Source: Savitreella phatthalungensis
Taxonomy: Eukaryota
Direction: 5' to 3'
Length of the DNA stretch: 64,000 nt
NCBI GenBank assembly: GCA_051599415.1
Contig: AP039695.1
Coordinates: 248,001 to 312,000, forward strand
The position numbers and the translations under genes are program-made. The notes beneath the pieces were generated by a model. The model was not told the DNA's origin. It saw only the letters and a program-made list of their open reading frames with translations, and ran no database searches. Below are positions 44,656 through 55,725 of the stretch, piece after piece; position 1 is the stretch's first letter, and each line of letters begins with the position of its first letter.

Positions 44656-47604
44656 GCTTGCCCGTTGAACTGACGTCAGGAGGGTCTCTCAGAAGTCTGT
44701 CGCGCTGAAGTATCAAACGGTGCACATTGTATGGCTGTTGGCGAACAGATGGTCGCGCAAGAAAACTGAAGTGCGCGTCGCCGTGGGGTACGCGGCTCCG
44801 ATCAAGAAAAGAAGATTGAGAAGTAAGCTGCGCGAAGGTGAGGCGAGATAGGAGTCGCGCGATGTGTTCTGCGTCCAAGAGACTTTTCTTGCCGAAGAGA
44901 AGAGGGACAGGCGATGATTGTAGGAGGAGAAGAGCCTTGATACACAGGCTTCCGTTGAACAGTCGCGTGGCAGGACCGAACCTGGGTAACCCTAGCGAGC
45001 TCAGTCACAGCAAAGTCAAGGAGGGAGAAAGAGGTGAGCGGACGCGAACGACTGTGTCTGACGTCTGTGTGCAAGAGGGGGAGCGATCGAGTGCTTGAGT
45101 AAAGTTCGGGAGTACCACGTTCGTTCCGAAGGTTCTGCTCTAGTCTCTGTCTGTATCAAGACTTCAGCACCATTTACCCGATCGGTGTTTTGTGAGAGAG
45201 GGAGAGGTTGAACCGGTAAAGGACAAGGAACGGTCGAGATGCCGGTCAACGGTCGGTAAGCACCGGTCGAATTGAGTAAGGCGAAGTGATGTGAGTGGAT
45301 GATGGTCGTAAGGCCGAACAACGTGGCCCACGCACTCGGTCAGCTCTCATTTTGGGAGAAGATCTGGAGAACCGAGTGAATGGATCAGAGGACACTTGAG
45401 TGAAATGATTGAGAGGGCGCAGCTAGGATGATGACAAGCTCGCTCGGCGATCCACCACTTGGCAAGCATGGTGATCAAACCTGAATGGATGAGTTCGAGC
45501 AGTGGAAACGGTCAAAATGAATGCTCGATTGGGTCTCGGTTCATGTACTTATCACCAAAAGAGATGAATACCGAGTAGGCTTCATCAGTGAGTAATGGGA
45601 AACGGGGGGGTTTGGCAGGGGGTGAGAGTGTTACATGGTAGTGAGAAGGAATTGAAGATGTCTCATGTCATTCCAAGTGGCTGGCCCACTGGCTAGCCTA
45701 AATACATACATACGTACATTTGTACGTGTTAGGTTGTACTCGCAACAGTCTGCATCCATCGAGATCAGATCTGTGTGTTCTGACTCTGTTTGTGCATGTA
45801 TGTATGTATGTACACACATATTTTCTTGTTGATTGTACATGTATCCGAGTGTTGATACATAGGCCGTTTGATGAATGATTGATTGATCAGTTCTTTGTTT
45901 GCATTTTCTATTTCTTGTGTGATATTGAATCCAGCTAGTGCGATTTACAGTGGTCACTTTGACTTTGTGCTTCTGAGCTTGATTGATTCTAAATCGACAG
46001 GGAAAGTTAATCAGGATGGAGTCTGATTGTTGTCAGATTGCCAGGATGCTAGGGGTACGCCACGAAAATAAACCTGTGGCACAGTCATTTGGCCGGATTA
46101 GGAGATTGACATGGATTAGATTTACGCCACTCTCATTCGTCGCTAGTATATCTAAATCAGGACTCACTTTTGGCAAGTACTGATTCATACGCAGAAGGAG
46201 TTCTGATAGAGAAATTTCAAGGCGATTTGGGAAGATCGATCCAGTCAGCACTTGATTACTCTGGATCACCCAAACATAAGCATTACCTAAGTCTACCTAA
46301 ATTCAATCTTCTATGCATTCGCGTTTGTCAGTCTAGGATTCAAACTGTGTAGTGCGCCTCACTACTTACTATACTCTTCAAAGTCAGGCTGACGACGTTG
46401 GTAGAGGCCAATATGAAGACTTTTGAGACATTTTGCATTTGCTGCGCCTACGCACATGTCAAGAATAGCATCCTTCAAAACCTTCGTTCTATTAACTCCA
46501 TCATTGAAGTCCAAATTCCGTTGTCGTGTTGTTGGGTTGTCGTGTTGTTGGCAATTCCATGTGGGTCTCTCTCGGTGGTACTGAAGGCATTCCACCAAAG
46601 GTTGAGCAAAATATGCATGCAAACATAGCTCACATTATCATGGTTTACAGTCTCTGTTATCGAGACGCGCACGACCGCAGTGTCCATCGCGAGATTACCT
46701 CTCATCAGCTAACTTTCGACGCGGTTGGCGGAAGGGCCGTGATACGTCTCGGAGGATCTGTCGGGTCCAGCCGATCAGGTAACTAACTCATCTTATGACG
46801 ACGATAGTCCGAGTTATCGTCGCGAGCGCATTTCATCCACTTAATCTTCCTGTATCCGAAATGAAACCCTGCATAATTGAATGATTCTTCCCCGTGAATT
46901 AATTTTCCTTCCGAGATGCACTTTGCGTCACAGTCACCGGGATCAGTCTGTCTGTCTACTTGTCCCACTTACTGGAATTCGGCAAGTCGGTACGGCACGG
47001 TCTGCCGCTGGATTAATCAATGAGAAGGATACGGGAGTTGAAGCAACGAGAGATGATTCACTTGACTTGTGTCTTGACATGTCGCATAGGACTACACAGA
47101 AAAAATCCAAGGTCTCGCTTAATCGTGCACAAGATCGTATATACCATGAGTTGACTGGCAGAGAATTTGCTTTGGCAACGGCATTCTTCTTCGATATCCT
47201 GATTTGCTAGCGACCGTTAAATTTCTTCCTGTGACGCGCTGCTCGCCTAGACAGCCGCCTGCGGAAGTAAGCGAGCGGTTTTCATTTTTTGAGGATAAGC
47301 GCGCTCGCCTATGTACGGAGGACACCGTACCATACGATTATGTGAGACACGGCATCAGAAGAAACAGTACAGACTCGCAGACTCGATCTGAAAAGTGGGT
47401 CATCATCATAAAGTAAGCTTGAGCTCGCCAGGAGCGTCGTGTCTAAAAAAAAAGAAGATATGAGGCCGGTGACTAGAGTGGTCCTCTGTGGGAAAGGTCA
47501 GATAGAAGATGTGACCGGCAGTAAATGTCTGTGTATGGCTTGACTGGCGAACGAGAGACTTGCGCATAGGAAAATTGCAAAAGTTCCATGATAAGATCTG
47601 CATT

Positions 47605-48987
47605 TCAGAGTTCCAGCAGCTCGACCACATTCACCTCGACGCCGGCGTCCTTGAGGATCGTCATGGCGTTTTCGGGAGTGCGAGCGCTGGACGCATCTGA
47701 AGCTGCATCATCAGACTGAGAGTCATCCTCGGAATTGCTCAGGGCAACCGTTGTGGAGTGAGGTTCGAAAGCAGAAGTCTTAGCAATGGAGCACACAGAC
47801 TCGTCCTTGATCTTAGCCACACGAAGCATCTGGAGCGCGTTGTTGCCGGCGTTCGAGTGCTTGTACACCTTGCCGTGGAAGTCCTCGGTGATGTCGCGAC
47901 CGAGACGAGTTGAGATAAGCGCACGACCTCCAGGGTGGTCAGCCATGAAATCCGTCACGTCGTGGACAAAGCCGTCGCAGATAATCAGCTTGGCAGAGTC
48001 TGCGCGCACGCGTTCGGCCACATCCGAAGCAGTCAGCTCTGGCAATTCTTCTCCCGCCTTTGGCCACGGGATGCGCGCCTTGCGCTCGTCCAGACGCTTC
48101 TGCTGCATCTGGAGACGCGACCTCTCAATGTGGTCGTCCTCGCAGCGACGCAAGCGTGTTGCCAGTTTGAAGAGAGAGCAGACCCAGATGAACGCCTTGG
48201 TCGGGTCGTACTGGTACCAGCGGATAGCGTTACGGTAGTCGTACGGAAACTCGTGGTGGAAATTGTGGTATCCCTCACCATTGGTGATGATGGCAGTCAG
48301 CAGATTGTCGCGTGGGCTGCGGAGGTCATCGTAAGTCGCTTCCCCGAGATAATGGGCAACTGAGTTGATGCTGAAAGTGGCGTGGTGAGAACACGTGAGA
48401 CGGAGCATGCACGCGTAGTAGAATCCACCGCGCCAGTCACCCCAACCAAGTCCGCAGACTAGCAAAGGCGCCGCGACACCAAAGAAGAGCATCAGAGAGA
48501 CAAAGTTCTTGTGCTGCCACTGGATAAGCTTGTCCTTGTCGATGTCTGACATGTCAACGTAGCCAGGTTTGAAGCGGGGTGTGAAGAACATCCATCCCAG
48601 ATGAGCATGCCAGAAGCCTTCGTGGACACCATAGGGATCTTGTGGTGTGTCGCTGTACCTGTGGTGAGCACGGTGACCACGAATCCACCACTTGCCCGAT
48701 CCCTGCATCGCGCCAGCGCCGAACATGAGCAAGACGAACTTGAGTGCGCTGGATGCTTCATAAGCCTTGTGGGCAAACGCTCGGTGATAGCCAGCAGTGA
48801 TAGCCATCGTTGTGAAGAGGTAGTAAATTGCTGTGACCCAGAGCGTGCGTGAGTCAGTCTTTGTCGTGCACACACCATACAACGCCAAAAGTGGAATCAG
48901 CGTGAGTGGCAGGGCGCCGACCTGGAGATGCTTGTAAAAATTTGTGAGCGAGACATGCTCACGCAGAGGGCGAGCGTCGACTGCCAT
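47605..48987 (-). CDS. OLE1-type acyl-CoA (delta-9-like) desaturase with fused cytochrome b5, divergent
   Basis: His boxes HRAFAH, HRAHH and HNFHH, plus GEGYHN and YDPTK. b5 haem motif HPGG. ATG at 48987 (MAVDARP), with TATAAAA on the minus strand near 49197-49203. Confidence 0.93.
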   Translation of the reverse strand: MAVDARPLREHVSLTNFYKHLQVGALPLTLIPLLALYGVCTTKTDSRTLWVTAIYYLFTTMAITAGYHRAFAHKAYEASSALKFVLLMFGAGAMQGSGKWWIRGHRAHHRYSDTPQDPYGVHEGFWHAHLGWMFFTPRFKPGYVDMSDIDKDKLIQWQHKNFVSLMLFFGVAAPLLVCGLGWGDWRGGFYYACMLRLTCSHHATFSINSVAHYLGEATYDDLRSPRDNLLTAIITNGEGYHNFHHEFPYDYRNAIRWYQYDPTKAFIWVCSLFKLATRLRRCEDDHIERSRLQMQQKRLDERKARIPWPKAGEELPELTASDVAERVRADSAKLIICDGFVHDVTDFMADHPGGRALISTRLGRDITEDFHGKVYKHSNAGNNALQMLRVAKIKDESVCSIAKTSAFEPHSTTVALSNSEDDSQSDDAASDASSARTPENAMTILKDAGVEVNVVELLEL

Positions 48988-51900
48988 AATCGATCTTCTC
49001 AGCGCAGAAGTTCTTCTGCTCTTGATTGTCGCTTGGTTCTGCTTGGTGAAATTCCAGGCGTCAATGAAGCTTGACAAAGATTGATAAGTTGTGATGTTCG
49101 GATGGACTCTCCTACGAAGAGTGTCTCGCGTACACTGGAGATTGAGGTTTAGCAGAGACAAGTCGCTGAGCTCAAACGGAGTAGGAGACGACTGTGTTTT
49201 ATAAGGTCAAGACAACTTGTGATCAAATGTCCGTGTCAGAACTCGTGGCAAGTCGGCAGTCGGCAGTCGGCACTATGTCGTGGCACGCACGGGTGTGAGT
49301 GAAGTGGAGCTGGACGGCACATGCTCAGCCCAATATCCTTATTGATACCATACGAAGGTCAAAGAAGATTCCGAAGAGGCGTATGCACTATGAATTTGAC
49401 CGAGGACAATGCCATTGACAGTGCGCTGCAAGCTGATCCCTCATGACTACGTGGTTGTATTAACAGCGCCTTGCAGCCGCGTGGATCCTGCAGATGAGTT
49501 GAACTAGATAAATTCAAAGCTTTTAGACCATTGCAAGTTCGTCTAGATCAAAAGGTCATTGGGAAGAAGGGATGTTATGGACGATTGATCGATTGATACT
49601 TCCAGGAGGTCAAAATCTTGTCAACCACGAAGGATATAGCAGTGAAAGGTCTATGGTCTGTGCGCGTGAAAATGGATTGTCATCTGACTGGCTCAGGAGA
49701 TGTGGTCTGACTCGGCTAGAATTGGCGATAGATCATTTTGCCCAATATTTGTCCCGACCGAGATACATGTGCTCAATCTGGACGGGGTCTTGCAAGAGAT
49801 CCTTACACTCTTTTCCTGTTATTCTGATGTCTCGGTGCCGCTGAGAAAGCTGGGCTCCTGAGAATTTGGGAGGTTTGGAAAAAGCAGAAAGTATCCCCAC
49901 GTAAAGTTTAATAGCTGGACAGGGAAGAGTTCCATCCACTTCGGAACTGATTTGAGAGGCCTGCGTCAGATGCAAGTTTTAAAGTCAGCTTTTCCACGAT
50001 CTAGCTTGATTAACATTGAGCGCGCGCATCGGCCGCGAGCCTCTTTTGGCTGAGACTGCCAACATTATCATACTCACTTCCAGCGATCAATGAAATTGTG
50101 ATTGATCGCAATCTTTTGTACGGGCGTTGGTACTGCAGGGACAATTCTCAAGTCCCACCTAGATCTAAGTCTCTTTGATTTTGGACTGCATCGTGATCAA
50201 CTATATAGAACTCATGGGCGCAACGTGGCATGCCTAGAATCTTCCCAGCGTCACTCCAATCCTAGCATTCTGAGTGGCCAGACTTTTCAGATCCGCTTTA
50301 CAGCATCGGACAAAGATCGGGCTCGGGATCCGCCACTGCCGATGTATACCTAATGAATCTTTCAAGTACAGATTTTCCCGTTCTCCGCAATGACAAGGCG
50401 ATGATTCATAGTCTGATATAAGCTGACAGTAGCCAGATAGAGCATATGCGTGTCAGAGCGGTGCTTCAACCATTGACATGTGACCAGCTGCGGCACCGAT
50501 CTGATATATCCTTGTGATCTCGTGGTCGCTTGGTATGTTTTCCATCGAAGCTTTTGCAAGTGCTTAATCAATCTTGTGGCAGAGTGCAACTCTATCACAT
50601 GCGCCGCTCGACCGTACCCGTCCGTCCGCGCGTCCAGGCAATTCTGTCGACTGATCCTAGATTTTCCGCTTTCGAGATAATCCCACGCAAGTCGCCTCGA
50701 ACATGTGATAATGTCCTCTTTGTCGCTACAAACCGTCGTTGACAGGGGCAATGACCCGAGTCCAGATGATGTGACATGGCGGCACGATGCAAATGCAGTG
50801 GTTACCCCTCCTGCCCAACCGAAAGGACTGCCCTTTAGCAAGCCAGCCAGCCTGGTGCATACAAGCTAAGTCGCATTATTTCAGATCAATCATTCTCTGC
50901 ACGGATCTTGTGCTTCACGCATTTGAATCTAAAATCTGCTGCATCTTTCTACAAGCAATCGAAGCTAGGGATACAATGCATGAGAGATGTTGCGTGCATT
51001 CATTTGAATAGGGCTCTAGGATCCGCAAATGACCAAAATTGGGGTATACAGACACGTGCTCGTCTTGAGCGCGATGCGGCTTTTCACAGTCTTGTGACCG
51101 ATCCTGTTCTTTTGATACTGCTTGTCAGCTTCTACCTGGTCAGTTCTGTCTAAAGCACGCTGCCTAGTTTTCGGATAATTCTGCATGCATTCTGCAGGGC
51201 GGACACTCGCCTGGCGAAGATCATCTGCGAAGCCTACTCATTCCAAATCTACGAGATCTGTCATACTTCAGTTTCTAGCATGGGACAAGCGATTAAGCCT
51301 ACTTTCGCACGACTTGACAACGGACAGATTAGCACACATCTTATTTGACTTATTGACAACTTGATCCGCTTCCCAGCGGAGCGGAAGCGTGCTTCGTCTT
51401 GTACCCATAAACCTATCAAACAAGGAGGATGAGAGAACTCGATTAGTTAGTCTACATTGTGCTCCTCAAAAATCTATGTACCAATCACCGCAGCGGATCT
51501 CGTAGAAGGTATATTCAACGGCTCTCCTACGGAGGATTCGTAAAATGGGAAAGCGGTCAGGTGGGGGTGTCTGATTTGGCTGGAGATTGAAATGCCAAAT
51601 TCGTCCATCCGCAATTGTTCTCGTGCAGAGATTCTTTCTCGATCGAGTGAAATGCTAAATTCGAATTAATCCACCCTTTTTCGATCGTGATCAGCAGATA
51701 GAAAAGGTCCGCGCTTGATTGGAAGTCGTCATCGTTTCCTAACAATATCTCAGAAAGGAAGACATATACTTTGCAGGTGAGAATCACTAATTGTGTCACG
51801 TCAAATTGTAAGAAAAGTACTGTGATCCGAGTTTGTCGAATCCATCTGCATCTGTGAGCATATCTGGCCGAGCCCAAGCACGAGCACGGAAAACGGGCGG

Positions 51901-52342
51901 GTGAATTGGAAGTGCAGGTAATTGAAGCGAGCTTGATGACCATTCTGAGATGAAGAGGAGAACTACATCCCGGTGTCCCAGGACGCTTACGATCGCTTAA
52001 ACAGTGGCATTTGCCAACACAAATTGATATTCTTCTCCCTGTCGAGCCTCAGACGCGTCACGAAGACTTTGCTTTTTGACGTCGAGCCCAAAAGCTGGCC
52101 GAGCTTTGTCCTCGATTTCCGATACAAGCTCCCAGACGTTTGCAGGTTATCCAGTTCGACAGTTTCGCGTGCCGGGCCCACTTCGCACGGTTCTCCATCG
52201 TCCCGATCCTCACGATCTTTACTCAAGTTATGATCTGAGCGGCCGCATTGCTGGCAGATACTTCTCGACCTGATGTTTAGCATTGCTTCATCGGAGCTGG
52301 CGTACGACCTTTAGTGAAGATCGACTCTTTCGACGGCGAGCA

Positions 52343-53920
52343 ATGATGAATCGCTACGCAGCCTGGCTCGCCGTCGGCACTGTTCTCTGGTGCGCTTCTA
52401 CCTCTTTCGTCTTCCTACGGCTCAACGAACGTAGGCGTAAGGCTCGACTGAAGCAGGCGGATTACGTCACCATTTGCGCTTGGTCGTTATCCATCTTCTT
52501 CCTGGTTGCATACCTCTTCTACGGAACTGTAATTTACGATCTTGCCGAATCAGCGCCACGCCCTTCGGTAGCCATCGCCTACTTGCTCTTCAACCTCTCA
52601 CATGTGGCCGTCGTTCCAATAATCAAGATCAGCATTATTCTTTTGTACCTCTCGCTCCGACCATCACGGTGGCAGCAGAGGCTACTCTATGCGCTTCTTG
52701 TGTTCAGCGTCGCACGCCTCGTGGCCTTCTTTTTCATCACACTATTTGGTTGCTACTATGCACAGGATGGTCTGGTCTGGAATGTGGTCGACCAATCTCG
52801 CCGCGAACGGCAGTGCATTCCTCAACGACCCGTAATTCTGATCAACGGAATCACTAGCACAATGGTCGAGATTGCTCTATTCCTGCTCGCTCTCCCGTTT
52901 CTGCACACGGTCCGGTCGAGCTTTTCAGCCAAATTTGGGCTTTTCATTGGCTTTGCAATGGGGCTTGTCACAATCGCAGGCACACTCACCACAACCGTCT
53001 TCACCTTGCTCGCCTGGACAAGTTTAGAAGACCGCGATTTTGTGGCGGCCGGAGGCAAGTTCTTCGGCGCTGGTATGGCTGCTACCGTTGAAGTCAATGT
53101 CGGTCTAGCCATTGCGTCCATTCTGCCGCTCCGTCGAGCGATCGTCAAGTTCCTCGCCACGCAATTCGCGCGAATGGGTCTGACGCAACGTCTCGGGGAT
53201 GCTCAAAGCACTGCAAGCAGGTTCAAGCAATCTATCAAGAGTTCTCCTGTCTGGCCAGGACAAAATGCTGGACCGACACGTCAATCGACCCGATCGGCAG
53301 AATTGTTCGATAGTGGAGGTGTGCTGGAGAGCGGTGCGCGGCAAGAGCATCGCGAGAGCGGCGCGTCCGCTTCTTCTGGATCTGAGCTCGACACTTGCGA
53401 GTACGCAGATACGCTGCGCTGGCCAATGCGAGATCTACAATTCCCGGACCTCAACACGCTGCGACGTGGCAGCGTCTCCGCCTTGCAGATCGTCAAGACC
53501 AGGACTGGTAACGCACTGGGGCTCACGAGCACAGAGAAAGTTGTGGACAAACGGAAAGAGCGCGGGTCCGTAGCTTCCCTATGGAGTCACAAATCTGCTG
53601 TGCTCAATCGGATCGACGAGTCGGAAGTACGTCAGAGTTCATCTAGCAGTGAACGATCTCGGCAAGATGGGCAGCTTCAGCATGCGATGAATTCGAAACA
53701 GACGCAGGTCGTCGATCTTCTTGCCCAGCCTATGCCAACGGCGCACGTTACATCTGATCAACAACGGCTCCATCCGGCTCAGCAACTTCTGCCTCTGCCT
53801 GCGACGACTGACCTGGTCAACCTGCGACGCGAACGACGCCTCCAGTATGGCAATCAACACGACGACCAAGATGAGATTCCTATGGCTCCGACGAGTCCAA
53901 CTGCTTTCACTTTCGGTTGA
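52343..53920 (+). CDS. Pth11-like (fungal rhodopsin-domain) integral membrane receptor, no CFEM
   Basis: About 7 TM segments with family motifs LRL...ADY, IKISIILLYLSL, F.C...W...C and EVNVGLAIASILPLR. Long hydrophilic tail. First ATG at 52343. Confidence 0.85.
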   Translation: MMNRYAAWLAVGTVLWCASTSFVFLRLNERRRKARLKQADYVTICAWSLSIFFLVAYLFYGTVIYDLAESAPRPSVAIAYLLFNLSHVAVVPIIKISIILLYLSLRPSRWQQRLLYALLVFSVARLVAFFFITLFGCYYAQDGLVWNVVDQSRRERQCIPQRPVILINGITSTMVEIALFLLALPFLHTVRSSFSAKFGLFIGFAMGLVTIAGTLTTTVFTLLAWTSLEDRDFVAAGGKFFGAGMAATVEVNVGLAIASILPLRRAIVKFLATQFARMGLTQRLGDAQSTASRFKQSIKSSPVWPGQNAGPTRQSTRSAELFDSGGVLESGARQEHRESGASASSGSELDTCEYADTLRWPMRDLQFPDLNTLRRGSVSALQIVKTRTGNALGLTSTEKVVDKRKERGSVASLWSHKSAVLNRIDESEVRQSSSSSERSRQDGQLQHAMNSKQTQVVDLLAQPMPTAHVTSDQQRLHPAQQLLPLPATTDLVNLRRERRLQYGNQHDDQDEIPMAPTSPTAFTFG

Positions 53921-54568
53921 CCTGATCCCATGACAGGTCATTTTCCCTTCTGCTCCTCCCTGAATTATGAACTTGCTCTGCGAATAGGCGACACGCATCT
54001 CCGTAGTAGATACCAGACAATACACACAGGCAGTCCTTTTACAAGCGAGTCACCAGAGTTTCCACTCCGACGACATTTACCGAGATCATGATCACGCTGT
54101 GCTATATGATGTCCCGTAGACCTGGTCCGAACAACGATCGAGATCCTGGCTGCAATCTGATATACCATTGACTGGGACGTGAAGTGCTGCTATGCTATGG
54201 CTCTGCTTCAGGCTAGATCTGAGCAATCTCAATCACCAGCAGAAACGGAATTCATTCTCTAGAATGAGAAGACGGAAATCGAAAATGATTGGCTGAGTTT
54301 GTTTGCAAGGTGATGTCACGCGAGCTTCCCCGTATAACACAATTGACAGGGATTCTGCGAGTGTAGTTGACCAGATCCTCGTCCTACAGAGTTCGACACT
54401 CTCACACGCTTTCAGGCAGACATCCTCATCTCGGACGAGTCTTGTGTGGAGGCATCGATGCTACGGATCTTGAATCACAGAGCATTACAAGTCAAACTAC
54501 CAACTTCGACCTTCAGGCTCATCACACCGACAGCTAAGATCTACAGGGTTCAGTCGTCAATTCGCTCA

Positions 54569-55357
54569 ATGGCTAATCATGGGACAGTCTCACATGTGAT
54601 TAAGTGAGTCAGAATTGTATTCTCTGAGCCATAGCTGATATCTCTCCAGGGATGATAAGTCTCGACTAGACCGTCCGCCATATAAGAAGCAGGAAAACTT
54701 CAAGGCCTCATATTCCGGACATTGCTTCTGCGGTGCTGTTCAGTTCGAGATTTCCGGAGAGCCAAAAGCAAACTGCTTCTGCCATTGCAGATCATGTCAA
54801 CGCCTGCACGGAGCTCCTGCCACACTCACCTCCATCTTTGAGAAGTCTCAAGTCCATTTCACTAAGGGTGCGGAGGAAGACCTCGTGTTTTACTCGCCTC
54901 AGGAGAAGGTCACAGAGTACAAGCTCCCACTGAAGATCTCTTGCAAGCAGTGTCATTCACCAATTGGCAACGAAGGCAACAACATGATTCTCGTAAGCGA
55001 TCTCCAAGAAGCTAGTTGAACCCTACTAACATACAGATTGCCCCTGCACTCATCGAGTTTGAAAACGAAACAGGCGACAGCAAGGACGGTGGACGTCTCC
55101 CGGAAGCATTCAAGCCGGACTTTCACCAGTACTATGGTACGCGTATTCGTGACATTGAGGATGATTTACCAAAGTTTGGTGCAGAGCAAGGGAAAGACCC
55201 TCTCAACAAAGCTGCGGAAGAGATGTGTCGAAAGCAAGAACGCGAAAAAGAGCACAAGGAAGCTCAGTCAAAGACTCGCGAGGACCTTAAAGAGCGCAAG
55301 CCCGATGAAGGTGAAGAGACGAACACAAGCGACAAGCAAGGCAAGCAAAAGGTATGA
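54569..55357 (+). CDS. GFA/CENP-V (Mss4-like) Zn protein, 3 exons (54569-54603, 54650-54992, 55037-55357)
   Basis: Introns 54604-54649 (GTGAGT..CTGAT..CAG) and 54993-55036 (GTAAGC..TACTAAC..CAG). The spliced frame gives YSGHCFCGAVQF...CFCHCRSCQRLHGAP...ISCKQCHSPI...FKPDFHQYYGTR...DDLPK. Confidence 0.9.
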
Positions 55358-55725
55358 ACAGCACAGATTGCCAAAGTTTTGCCACGACTCATGCACTCTT
55401 TTACGTATGACCCGAAGGGGACAAGAACTGACCATCGCTCGTAGAAGCAACGAACCCAATAAGCATCCATAATGAAGCGGCACGCCAGACCATAGCGCTC
55501 GATGCGAGCGCTGCACGGCAACGGACAGATGAAGAAGGAAGTATGAGCCAGACAGTATCTTGAGACACTTATTGAGTATGCACGTGATTTCATAAACTGT
55601 CAGTTGCATACACGGATCAAATTCAGATACCGCATGCGTGCCTGTATGAGGATACTGTTTGGAGCAACCCGTCGAGGTAAAGTGCTTCAGCAGTTTACGT
55701 AGAGTCAGATCGCACGGTCCTCAGC

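Noticed and set aside
48988..49161. ORF-track N-terminal extensions (desaturase; similarly NDUFA8, RAD57, Pth11-like, MDR)
   Set aside because: They begin at TTG/GTG codons under a prokaryote-style ORF caller. I used the first plausible ATG instead.
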